Of a stretch of 32,754 bases of DNA, positions 21,279 to 32,754 are shown piece after piece (within the stretch, counting starts at the first letter, position 1; each line of letters begins with the position of its first letter). The stretch comes from Nemertoderma westbladi (lineage: Eukaryota; Animalia; Xenacoelomorpha). Made by a program: the position numbers and the translations under genes. The notes beneath the pieces are model-generated. The model saw nothing but the letters and a program-made list of their open reading frames with translations, searched no databases and had not been told where the DNA came from. The stretch covers positions 1-32,754 of the forward strand of contig JAUCBJ010000900.1 of the NCBI GenBank assembly GCA_032718475.1, in the 5' to 3' direction.

Positions 21279-23993
21279 CAGGGATGGCATAACGAAACGA
21301 AAGAAATTTTAATTTCGTTTCGTTTTAGTTTCGTTTTTACAAACCCCATCATATATTCATTTCGTTTCGTTTCATACATTTTAAATTCGTTTCGTTTCAT
21401 AGATTTTAAATTAGTTTTTCGTTTCGTTTCGTTTTCTTAAAATTTTTGATTTTATCCCATAAAAGTTTTTAATAAATAACCGCCCCGAATACCAACACCA
21501 TGATAGTATAATGTAGTACAATACAATATAATATAAAATAATACATTATAATTCTACCATATTATACAGGTGTTGACTCCCCCAACTTTTTGCGGTATGT
21601 CTCCTTTTGAGTTTTATACACTATATTGGTACCATACGTAACGCCCCGGCGGGTGGAATGCCGGGTATACCAGTTGCTCTATTGTTTGTAGTTACTAATT
21701 TACTATCAGTATTGCCTTAGTTCCTTATTACAGTTCTACTGTCAGTCCGCTCTCGGCTGTATCATTGTAATGGTACAGGTAACTGGTGGGCAGTAAAGGT
21801 TGCTGTATTGTATGTAGTTACTAATTTACTATCAGTATTGCCTAAGTGCTTTATTACAGTTCTACTGTCAGTCCGCCCTAGGCTGTATCATTGTAATGGT
21901 ACAGGTAACTGGTGGACATTAAAGGTTGCTGTATTGTATGTAGTTACTAATTTACTATCAGTATTGCCTTAGTTCCTTATTACAGTTCTACTGTCAGTCC
22001 GCCCTAGGCTGTATCATTGTAATGGTACAGGTAACTGGTGGGCAGTAAAGGTTGCTGTATTGTTTGTAGTTACTAATTTACTATCAGTATTGCCTTAGTT
22101 CCTTATTACAGTTCTACTGTCAGTCCGCTCTCGGCTGTATCATTGTAATGGTACAGGTAACTGGTGGACAGTAAAGGTTGCTGTATTGTTTGTAGTTACT
22201 AATTTACTATCAGTATTGCCTTAGTTCCTTATTACAGTTCTACTGTCAGTCCGCCCTAGGCTGTATCATTGTAATGGTACAGGTAACTGGTGGGCAGTAA
22301 AGGTTGCTGTATTGTATGTAGTTACTAATTTACTATCAGTATTGCCTTAGTGCCTTATTACAGTTCTTCTGTTGGTCCGTCCTAGGCTGTATCATTGTAA
22401 TGGTACAGGTAACTGGTGGGCAGTAAAGGTTGCTGTATTGTATGTAGTTACTAATTTACTATCAGTATTGCCTTAGTGCCTTATTACAGTTCTTCTGTTG
22501 GTCCGTCCTAGGCTGTATCATTGTAATGGTACAGGTAACTGGTGGGCAGTAAAGGTTGCTGTATTGTATGTAGTTACTAATTTACTATCAGTATTGCCTT
22601 AGTGCTTTATTACAGTTCTACTGTCAGTCCGCCCTAGGCTGTATCATTGTAATGGTACAGGTAACTGGTGGGCAGTAAAGGTTGCTGTATTGTATGTAGT
22701 TACTAATTTACTATCAGTATTGCCTTAGTTCCTTATTACAGTTCTACTGTCAGTCCGCCCTAGGCTGTATCATTGTAATGGTACAGGTAACTGGTGGGCA
22801 GTAAAGGTTGCTGTATTGTATGTAGTTACTAATTTACTATCAGTATTGCCTTAGTGCTTTATTACAGTTCTTCTGTTGGTCCGCCCTAGGCTGTATCATT
22901 GTAATGGTACAGGTAACTGGTGGGCAGTAAAGGTTGCTGTATTGTATGTAGTTACTAATTTACTATCAGTATTGCCTTAGTTCCTTATTACAGTTCTACT
23001 GTCAGTCCGCCCTAGGCTGTATCATTGTAATGGTACAGGTAACTGGTGGGCAGTAAAGGTTGCTGTATTGTATGTAGTTACTAATTTACTATCAGTATTG
23101 CCTTAGTGCTTTATTACAGTTCTTCTGTTGGTCCGCCCTAGGCTCTATCATTGTAATGGTACAGGTAACTGGTGGGCAGTAAAGGTTGCTGTATTGTATG
23201 TAGTTACTAATTTACTATCAGTATTGCCTTAGTGCTTTATTACAGTTCTACTGTCAGTCCGCTCTCGGCTGTATCATTGTAATGGTACAGGTAACTGGTG
23301 GGCAGTAAAGGTTGCTGTATTGTATGTAGTTACTAATTTACTATCAGTATTGCCTTAGTGCTTTATTACAGTTCTACTGTCAGTCCGCCCTAGGCTGTAT
23401 CATTGTAATGGTACAGGTAACTGGTGGGCAGTAAAGGTTGCTGTATTGTATGTAGTTACTAATTTACTATCAGTATTGCCTTAGTGCCTTATTACAGTTC
23501 TACTGTCAGTCCGCTCTCGGCTGTATCATTGTAATGGTACAGGTAACTGGTGGGCAGTAAAGGTTGCTGTATTGTATGTAGTTACTAATTTACTATCAGT
23601 ATTGCCTTAGTGCCTTATTACAGTTCTACTGTCAGTCCGCCCTAGGCTGTATCATTGTAATGGTACAGGTAACTGGTGGGCAATAAAGGTTGCTGTATTG
23701 TATGTAGTTACTAATTTACTATCAGTATTGAAGTATTGAAGGATTGACTTACATTACAACAAATAGAATATCAATACTATTATTATTTATAATTTTTCAA
23801 TTACTTTAATAATTAATACATTTATACCGTAATGATTAATTTCTTTTTAATTTAACGAAACGAAACGAAAACTTTAACGAAACGAAACACTTATTATTTA
23901 GTTTTGTTATTTAATTTTATTTCGTTTTTAGTTTCGTTTAAAAATCTTTTTTTTTTTTTTTTTAAATTTTTTCGTTTCGTAATGCCATCCCTG
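21279..23993. mobile_element. non-autonomous hAT-type DNA element carrying an internal tandem array
   Basis: TIRs CAGGGATGGCATAACGAAACGAAA / TTTCGTTTCGTAATGCCATCCCTG. 8-bp TSD GTTACCGG / GTTACCGT (7/8 match). Mirrored subterminal TTTCG/CGAAA arrays; no transposase. Confidence 0.9.
21673..23730. repeat. 126-bp tandem array, ~16.3 copies
   Basis: AACTGGTGG recurs at 21781, 21907 ... 23041 with an exact 126-bp period. Units are nearly identical apart from a few recurring variants. Confidence 0.97.
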
Positions 23994-25026
23994 GTTACCG
24001 TCATCGTTAATTTAAGTACGCATGTTTGGAATGGTTACCAGGGAACAAAATTATTTAAGCACAAGCACCCATTCGCCACAACCCATGGACGGATTTGTAA
24101 AGTTAATGGATAGAGAAGTTAATTTATACACAATGCGTTCTCGAAAACGATATCGAAATTTGAACATCACTCTTAACGCCGCTATTGGCAGTAGTTTTGA
24201 TCTTTAAAAATAAAATACAATAACTACGATATTTTATGACGTTTGAGAACAAATTTTGCGTATATCTAATTTTGTTGATTTAAGTATATTGCTAGGGCGA
24301 CGGTGTCTCTGTTCAGAGAGGTGCATTTGGATGGTGGGTTACGTAGCTTTCATGCTGAAACTAGCCTACGACAGTTCTTTATTCCCCTCCTGGTTTATCG
24401 ATTTCCGCAGTGTTTTCTGTTTAGCACATTTGTAAAATTTATTTAATTATTAATAATTATAAAATATACGGGATCAGTTTTAAATATAACGAAATATTTT
24501 ATCGTCCTCTGCTGAAGACAGACCTTGCAGAACATCAAAAACAAACGGTGCCAACAGCAACACGGTGAATGTAATACTCCAAGTCCTACTAGTGTAAGTC
24601 AATGTGGACACGATAATAACAAATACAATAATTTAAATACGAATACGGTACCGGTAACTCAAACACCTTTTAATAACAATTAAAATTACTGATGCTACTG
24701 TATTTCACCTTTTCCAATATTAATCAATCTCATGATATTGGTAAAATAGCAGGTGTGATGTAGCAATCCAGTGTAGGCTGTAGAGTTTAGGTCCAAGCTC
24801 TAAAAACGGGGGCACTACTCTACAACAGACAGTTTGGCTTACTTCCTACACTCTTATCTGTCTATGGCTTCGACACATACAAGTATAATGAAGTTATAAC
24901 TGTTCGCTGATGGCTTACACTTCTGACTCGCCCCACAGGACAGTGACATTGTGATATCGAATGCCGTTGTTGTTTGTGATTCGAATAGGCCTACTGTATT
25001 ACTTGTCCATCTTTACAGAGTAGGCC

Positions 25027-25377
25027 CTAATGTTGTAAATCTAATTCCGGATGAGTAATACCACCATGCCCGTTGTTACCGGTATTATTAATTCCGTCTG
25101 TGGAAAATTTATCATAAAACAATCGACCTTTAGTTCTCACTGTCCTTACTGTTTTCCTTCCAGGTTCCAAAATATAGATATTTTGGGGTTCCTTAAACTC
25201 ATCAAACGAATCGATCTCAGAAAAGACAAATTGTTCTAAATCCTCATTAACCGAACAATCCATCAACCAGTATTCCTTAGCAGCAGTATCAAATACTTTC
25301 CGGTAATTAACTGTTTCTTCGCCATTGACCTTGGAATTTTCGTGTTGAAGTAATCCACATTTAGACTTAACTGACAT
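25027..25377 (-). CDS. hypothetical protein (116 aa, or first coding exon of a larger gene)
   Basis: ATG in an AAAATG context and a globular-looking composition. Possible donor ACCG|GTAACA near 25078. No family recognised with confidence. Confidence 0.45.
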   Translation of the reverse strand: MSVKSKCGLLQHENSKVNGEETVNYRKVFDTAAKEYWLMDCSVNEDLEQFVFSEIDSFDEFKEPQNIYILEPGRKTVRTVRTKGRLFYDKFSTDGINNTGNNGHGGITHPELDLQH

Positions 25378-25811
25378 TTTTTCCAGCTATTTACGGTAGA
25401 TTCGGTATCTATCGGCGGATTCAGTCAAATCACAACTTCATTTTAACAAAACAGTACCGGTAGCATACCGTACATTGTACATGGACATCACACAGTCACA
25501 GTATCAGATCGTCTCGTGTCCAATTTCAACGTTTACCGGTAGCATATACAGTAGGTGTAGAATCGTAGGGGGTAGGGGCCTACTGTAGCGTCAGTTAAGT
25601 TACAGTAGGTACAGTACAGTACAAATCGGCAGCTTTAGTTTAGGTCATACTACTCGAGCCGGCGGGAAAGGGTAATAATAATTAGCTAAACAATTTTGTT
25701 GGGGTGTTGGCTGTTTACGTGGTAAATTAATATTTCAGTATCAATACTATAGGCATAAGGTAAGTTTTAATATTTCTTACAAATTGGGTGCTTCCACGCC
25801 TAATAATTATT

Positions 25812-26078
25812 TATTACATGGGAAAAAAAATTAGAACTTTTTTTCATTATTTTCGAGGCATTTTATTTACCGAGCCTCAGCGAGGTTAATAAAGGGTCGA
25901 GAGAATATTGAAAAAAAAATGTTCTAAGTTTTTTTCCATGTAATACGTAATTTTATTCTTAAATTGGTACTCCAATGCATTCCTATGGGTTACTTTTCTC
26001 CCTAGGGAAAAAAAGTAAAACCTTTTCTCCCGATTTTGGGGTATATTCGAGCGAAAAAGTGACAATTTAAGAATAAAA
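25812..26078. mobile_element. palindromic/foldback non-autonomous element (two adjacent hairpins)
   Basis: Arms 25812-25856 and 25897-25945 are reverse complements around a central ACCGAGCCTCAGCGAGGT. A second perfect 16-bp IR, TTTTATTCTTAAATTG / CAATTTAAGAATAAAA, lies at 25951-25966 and 26063-26078. Confidence 0.7.
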
Positions 26079-26140
26079 TATATAATTTACAGAGGCAGCT
26101 TTTTATAACCAAAACAATAAACGATGTTGTTAACAATTAA

Positions 26141-26178
<38 letters not shown>

Positions 26179-26233
26179 CAATCGATTTCTTCAACGTGAC
26201 ATTCAGAACACTGGGCATAAAGGGAAAGGACCG

Positions 26234-26938
26234 GGTTACGGAGACGGCTTTTTCTAACCAAAACAATAAACGATGTTGTTAACAATTTAGGGAAGGGAGC
26301 AGGTTACAGAGACGGCATTTTCTAACCATAAACGACGTTGTTATTAATTAAAGGAAATGAGCAGGTTACAGAGACGGCTTTTCTAAAAAGATAAACGATG
26401 TTGTTACCAATTGAGGGAAAGGAGCAGGTTTCAGAGACGGCTTTTTCTAAACAAAACAATAAACGATGTTGTTAACAATTGAGGAAAAGGAGCAGGTTAT
26501 CGAGACGGCTTTTTCTAACCAAAACAATAAACGAAGTTGTTATCAATTGAGGGAAAGGAGCAGGTTACAGAGACAGCTTTTCCTAACCAAAACAATAAAC
26601 GATGTTGTTACCAATTGAGAGAAAGGAGCAGGTTACAGAGACGGCTTTTTCTAACCAAAACAACAACCGATGTTGTTAACAATTGAGAGAAAGGAGCAGG
26701 TTACAGAGATGGCTTTTTCTAATCAAAACAACAAACGATGTAGTTGCCAATTAAGGGAAAGGAGCACATTACAGATACGGTTTTTTCTAACCAAAACAAT
26801 AAACGATGTTGTTACCAATTGTTGGATAGGAATAGGTTACAGAGACGGCTTTTTCAAACCAAAACAATAAACAATGTTTTTACCAATTGATGGAAGGGAG
26901 CAGGTTATAGAGACGGCTGTTTCTAACCAAAACAATAA
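26234..26938. repeat. ~68-bp tandem array, ~11 copies, plus a detached copy at ~26087-26140
   Basis: Unit GGTTACAGAGACGGCTTTTTCTAACCAAAACAATAAACGATGTTGTTAACAATTGAGGGAAAGGAGCA, e.g. starting at 26631 and 26699. Confidence 0.93.
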
Positions 26939-27306
26939 ATCATGAATTTCATCGTTACGGAATTACATTTCGCACGACTTTTCCCAGTTAAAGAGTTACC
27001 TGGTGTTTCGAAGATAACTTAAATGAACTTTAATTTGTGGAGCATAGTAAAACAAATTATCAGAGAACATATTGGTTTCGTTAGTTTTACTTCATTTGTC
27101 TCGGATTTATTATTTTTAATATCGCAAACATTACGTTACGAAATTACACAAAAAATACAAGGATTTTTTGTAATTTTTTTAAAGTGAATTTCTGCGAGTT
27201 ATTGGGTTTTTAATTTTAAGTAAATATATTGCGCGTAAGAAGAGGATGTTCAAAATGCCCACCATGGTAAGGATTAAGCAGATTTACTAATCAATTTGGA
27301 GTTACA

Positions 27307-30300
27307 CCCTGCAAACCATAGTAACATTAAAATAATATTTTTTAACATCTTTATTCAAATAATAAAATATTAAAATTCAAATGTTAAACTAATGCCAGTT
27401 TTAATATTTTTTTGGCAAAGCGCTCGGACCCTGTGCAATAAAAGTGCACTTTCAGCAGTATTCGGCAACAAATATTAATCAGTGTTATTTTAACATTGGA
27501 ATTCAAATAGTTAGTAAATTTCCCACCCTTAACATTCTAATGTTATTCTAACATTAAGCTAATATTGGAATTATTTCATAGCATTCTCATAGCATTCCTG
27601 ATTTAGTTTCTCACTATTTTCTCATTATTATTTTAACATTAGTACAACAATACTAAAACATTATGATTTTAATGTTATTATATGCATGGTATTTTCATGT
27701 AATACTAAGTTTCCATATAAACAATGATATTTCAATAAATGTGATACTACTTTTTTATATATAAATGCAAATTAACTTACTACACCGGAACAAAATGGAT
27801 GCGGTTTGTTTTATAATACAGTATAACAGAATACGAATGCGTGAAAACGCTATTATTTATGTTATAAAATCATAATGTGAATAATAATGTTAGCATTATG
27901 TGTACACCCTTTGAAAATAGTGAAATGAAACCCACCAACCCACGACGCAATGCTTTTATCTTATTATCTTATAGTAAATAAATATATCCAACAACAGTAA
28001 TTTACAATAATGTCTGGTTAATCCCCAATGTACTGCTAACCTCGTAGGTATAAAAACACAGAACTTTCCGATACCTAATAGGACAATCTATTACAATTTT
28101 ATTATTAGTTGAATAAGATATTACAAGAAACAACAATTAAAATTTGATATAAATAAAGGTTGGCCTATTATGTGCATGTATAGGCCCTACAGTAAAAGTT
28201 CTTATAAGTCCACACAAAAGTTTCAATTCCAGTCTCGATTTCGGTTTCTATCTTTTCGATTGCGATACACTTCTCGGCTCCTCCAACTTTTCTAGCACTG
28301 TAAAATAATTAAGAGTACATTAATTACAATTAATGACATTAATTACATTATTAGATTACCATAATATTAAGATTGCAAATTGACAGCGAAACGATTCCAT
28401 GATATATAAGTCAAAAGAAAATTATGTTATAAATCCTCAAACCCAAACCAACCCACCCACATCCATAATATTTAACACACAAATCCACCCCTATTGTTTA
28501 TGTAAAACAAAAATAATCTTTCTTTATATACCCAAGCCAGAAGCCACGTCACACCATTAAATTATAATATTATTATACTTACATGTATGTACTTATTGTA
28601 GATCAACCAGCACCCCACGCAACTGGAACAAAATAGTTTGTAGTCACTTTCTTTTCTCCACCTCCGCGTCAACACCATAGGCCTATGTTCAGTGAGAGAA
28701 GCTAGAAGAAATAAAATTGAAATTTATTTTGATTGTGTATCTCATAACTGAGCCTCGTGCTTTAAACTATAGCAGTTCTTCTTCGGGTACAGAATAAAGT
28801 TACATAAAATGAAACACATATGTTCAAATTCTCCTACCGCGGTGAATGTGAGGCGAGGCTTCCGAGCCATGAAAGTAAGCGAGCTCAGCATACGGGTAGA
28901 CCTACCGCTAACTCAATCGGTGTGTCTGTTGATCTGTCGTTCAGTAGATCCGTGTTTTTAACGTGAATAACTTGGCCAATCGTCGATTAACCTTTGTAGG
29001 ACTACACATTGGAAAACTTCGTAAATTTTCCAAAAAGAATCTGCGTGGAGTCTTCAGGACGAGCGCAACGACGCTAATGAAGAATATGAGTATTGTGTCG
29101 ACTATACTTGCAAGCAACCTGATTTTAGTATATTGGAAGATGTGTCAATTTGATCAGTACAGGTGGTGGAATGTTTTATGCAAGTTATTTGGTGACCAGA
29201 TGTAAAGGACGGGTGAGAAGATGAGGCTTTGTAATGAAGACGAGTCTGTGTTGACTAAACTCATGATAACGAGTATTGTTTTGGAAAAGCTCGTAAACAG
29301 TGTTAGCATATTGGATGATACTGTATGTTGTTTTATCCAATAATGATAAAGGAATGTTGTAAGGTATATATTTGGTGACCAGGTTGTATATAGAACGAAG
29401 GCAACGAGTTTTGTAGTGGATACGAGCATCCATCTGCTATAAATTTGTGTTAAAGCACGTTAAATACTCAAGTCAAGTTCAATAGTTAAAGCATGTAAGT
29501 GTAAACTGAAATGGACCTCAGTTTTTTACAACCAGCTTAACGAAAACGGAAAGCATCGCACTCAATGATATTTTGGGAATGACGGTTTTCGTATATCTAA
29601 TAGAGATTATTACATGTTCTTATGAAGAAAGGGTCTCGTGCTGCGCGAAGGCCCCACAACGTGTCAATAAATGTAAGAAATAAATAAATATAAGTCATAC
29701 GCCAACTTGCATTAGCGTCCATGTACTGCATGTGTACCTGCGTATTATGTAGGCCTAATGTAACAATTCCATATCGGTTTGAAACAATTCCAAATCTAGG
29801 CCTATATGTAACAAATATGAAAAATATTGTCTAACCTTTAATACATCTTAGAATGTTAGGAACTAGGTGATTTAAAAACCAATTTTCACGATTGCATGTC
29901 TAGCGGTATTTGCATATTTCTCGGCGAGTGATGCTTCCATCAATCGTCCACAGATGTCAAAACTCGCAGCCGATAGTGATTGTGAGAAGTGGGAGAGTTC
30001 GTCAATCTACAAAGATTAGAAAAAAAGTCTTCACTTACTAACATTTAAATGCTACTATTTATAAACACTTACATTAATAACAATTATTCATTACTGATCT
30101 AGAATAAATAATATGAAATAAAAAAAAAAACGTTTCTAGAACGTAACAAGCAAAGCAAACAATCGGCCGCAGCCGGAAGCAACCCGAAGGCTCCTCTTTC
30201 GATCACGAAAGTAGGGATGATTGCTCTTCATATCCCTTGGTTTGTCTATGTAATTTAACTGGACGGTACTCATTTTATCGACCCCAGTGAATGAAAGGCT

Positions 30301-31800
30301 GAGTGGACCCGGGTTACGGCACTTTCAATTATTGTAATCTTCAACAACTGCTGATTCTGTTTTAATCAATTTGTTAAATAATGTATTTGTATAATAATGT
30401 CAAATTCGATTTCCCATATAGGTACAGTAGGATAAAAGGATAAAGATGCCATTCTCACCTTTTACTGTACTTATCAAGTGCATTATTCTCCTTTAGGGCC
30501 TTTTCCCATTTCGCATATCCTCAGGAGTCCTGGTGGGTATATGGGAACAGAACCTCTGACTGAAGAGTCAGTCCTTAACTTCCACTCCATTGTTTTTAAA
30601 GTTCCTTGGACACTCGTCAACTCCTCCTTCCTACTTTATTTCCACCAAGGAGTGAACAATGTTGTGTAGAGGGGGCATGACAGTACAGGCAGAACACCCA
30701 CCCCCTTCCCCCTTCTCGAAGTTTGTTTATTGTGCCAGATAATTTTTAACAATATTTAGTTATGTACTGTAACTATACGCAAGCGACCTTTCGGATCTCA
30801 TGGCCTCTGTGGCACGTGCCTTATTGGTCTCATTGTCAATCCGCCCCTGCTTTTGATTGCGTAAAGCACCACTCCCTCCCACCCCATGTGTTCTGAAAAC
30901 ATGTAACACATATGTTAATTTTGTATTCCTTTTTTGTTAGGGGCGGGGGGGGGGGGGGGGGGGTTGGTTCTACCATTCTACTGTATGTATTATATGACAG
31001 CCGCACATTGGAACAGATACATCTGTAGGCCTACTGTAGCCTAGGTATAAAACCGTACAGGAAAATATCCATGTACTGTAAGCTAATGTCCAGGAAAACA
31101 TGAACACATTTTCATTTCATTCATATTCATACAAATTAAATTATTTAAATTAGATAGTTGTACAGTGAGTTGACGCACTGAATAGGAGTGTTAAACAATC
31201 TGCACAGGCAAGTACTGTCAACAACGATAATGAAAACAATGGGGATACACGTGCAAAGTTCTATCACATTTCTATCACCTTTGAAGTATGACTCGTCAAC
31301 ATTCGAAAAACAACGTTAGAATAACCTTTTCGTATCATTGTTATAACATAAAAATTATTCATTCCGAATGCAAATTTTTGATAACCTAAATGTAAATGTT
31401 AAGATAATATAGTAAAAACATTGGAATAACACTGCATGATGCATCTTCGGTGCAATTGAAATTAGTCACTGAAAATATTCTGATTTGAATATTTCGAAAA
31501 CATTGGAAATACATTATAATATCAATAGTATGTAATATAGTATTAGAATATCATTCAAAACATGTTGCGATTAAATGTGTTAAATAAAAAACATTGCTGT
31601 TCCAATGTATTCTTAATGTCATTTCGCTATCTGAATTTTAATATTAGTATTTAAATATTATTTTAGATTATTTTAGTATTCAAATGTAAAAGTTTGGGTT
31701 TTTCTCAAATAATTTGTCTTATTGCATTATTGCACAACTTTTTAGCAGCATTGAAATTCAAATACAAAATTAATCCTCGGATACTTCTGGTTTGCAGGGG
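27307..31800. mobile_element. possible EnSpm/CACTA-like element with CCCTGCAAACCA termini and long degenerate subterminal arms
   Basis: CCCTGCAAACCA at 27307 and TGGTTTGCAGGG at 31788-31799. AACATT/AATGTT-rich arms (~27310-27900 and ~31300-31780) share inverted blocks. A CA flanking duplication is possible. Confidence 0.45.
30146..30320 (-). mobile_element. 5'-truncated SINE fragment with a conserved central domain
   Basis: GGTACTCATTTTATCGACCCC...ATGAAAGGCTGAGTGGACCCG matches, from memory, a widespread SINE central domain. Also GCAACCCGAAGGCTCC and a short (GCAAA)n-like tail. Confidence 0.55.
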
Positions 31801-32406
31801 CAGCTTTATTGGTATCGTTACGGAATTACAAACCATATCGTTACGGAATTTCGTGCGAATTTGAGAAGTTATTGAACTGGGATAATTGTATCGTGATATA
31901 CATACAACTCCATGGCCCGGAATATAGTGTCGTAATTCAATGACACATCCCCCCCCCCCCCCCCCCCCACGCGGGCGCCTCCTAATTTTTTCTACAAATC
32001 TTAATGAGATTGCATGAAATTTGAAACAGAGATGATTTCACTTCCCTACCACTTAGTGAGAGAGCCGGAATTTTTTTTGTTTAAATCTTTAGCTACAAGC
32101 CTTTAAAAAAGTGTCTACTGAGATATTGCACCAGTCCCACATCCCCCAGCGCGCAGGTTATTTTTCAACTTTATAGTGATGGGGACAGTTAGAAAGCTGG
32201 ACGTGCCTGGATTCAAAATATGTAACACAATCTGAATTTCGTCGTAAAATAGCTGAGATGCAGGCGTTCAAACGTTGCATGGTTTTTGCATCTGTGCGAG
32301 GCTATTTTATTATATTTAATAAATACACCATATTCTAGAACACTTTGTTTAGCCCATACGTAGCTGGGCAACAAAGCATTACATCTTTAATCATACTATT
32401 ACTGTA

Positions 32407-32604
32407 GGTCGCGTTCACACTACCGAGTCAAAGTCAAAGTCAAAAGACAAAATGTAAAAAAATCACATGAAATTATAGTTTTTTCCTAGAATCCCCTTAT
32501 GTATTATTATTAGGCCTATATAATGTATTATTATTTATTATTGCTAGCTAGCTATATTTATTTTCTTTGACTTTTGACTTTGACTCGGTAGTGTGAACGC
32601 GGCC
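32407..32604. mobile_element. MITE with ~35-bp TIRs (PIF/Harbinger-like termini)
   Basis: GGTCGCGTTCACACTACCGAGTCAAAGTCAAA ... TTTGACTTTGACTCGGTAGTGTGAACGCGGCC, flanked by TA on both sides, with an AT-rich core. Confidence 0.88.
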
Positions 32605-32754
32605 TATACATTGCTCTTCTTACATTAACAAAATGTTCCAGAATATGATGCATTTATTAAATAGAATGAACTAGCCTCATACAGTCAAAACCATGTAATA
32701 TTTGAACGCACACTTTCTAAGCTATTTCCCAACCAAATTCAAATGTTTTTACAT

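Noticed and set aside
21673-23730. CRISPR array or continuous repeat-protein ORF
   Set aside because: No unique spacers and a eukaryotic context. The frames checked contain stops in each unit and the ORF track reports no ORF here.
28830-29440. Short overlapping ORFs and a degenerate TTGGTGACCAG direct repeat
   Set aside because: No consistent frame or recognisable domain.
30500-30540. In-frame TGA in DS*GYAKWEKALKE as selenocysteine
   Set aside because: The exon model is unsupported, with no redox motif and no SECIS identified.
30943-30963. Poly-G run (and poly-C at ~31949-31968) as G-quadruplex elements
   Set aside because: Simple homopolymers of uncertain length with no further support.
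31925-32330. DNA-transposon-end-like sequence
   Set aside because: No TIR pair or TSD could be defined within the window.

Overview
AT-rich eukaryotic (probably metazoan) genomic DNA. Almost half of the window is one full-length, unusually large (15.4 kb) BEL/Pao LTR retrotransposon (1728-17093). It has ~99% identical 1188-bp LTRs and a CACGG target-site duplication, and it sits inside an old LINE fragment. Its gag-pol frame (4829-12574) has nine in-frame stops, no frameshift and an in-frame deletion in the integrase core. An extra degenerate ORF lies before the 3' LTR. There is no tRNA-type primer-binding site: the 11 nt after the 5' LTR are exactly complementary to an 11-mer inside the LTR, resembling Tf1-type self-priming. 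Downstream, two host ORFs with no introns in their coding sequence lie only 27 bp apart: MOCS2A and a SETD3-like methyltransferase, a candidate bicistronic unit. The rest is a mosaic of non-autonomous DNA elements (a hAT-type element carrying a 126-bp tandem array, MITEs, foldbacks, a 68-bp array, a SINE fragment) plus one hypothetical minus-strand ORF and a few exon-like segments. All counts and alignments were done by eye.
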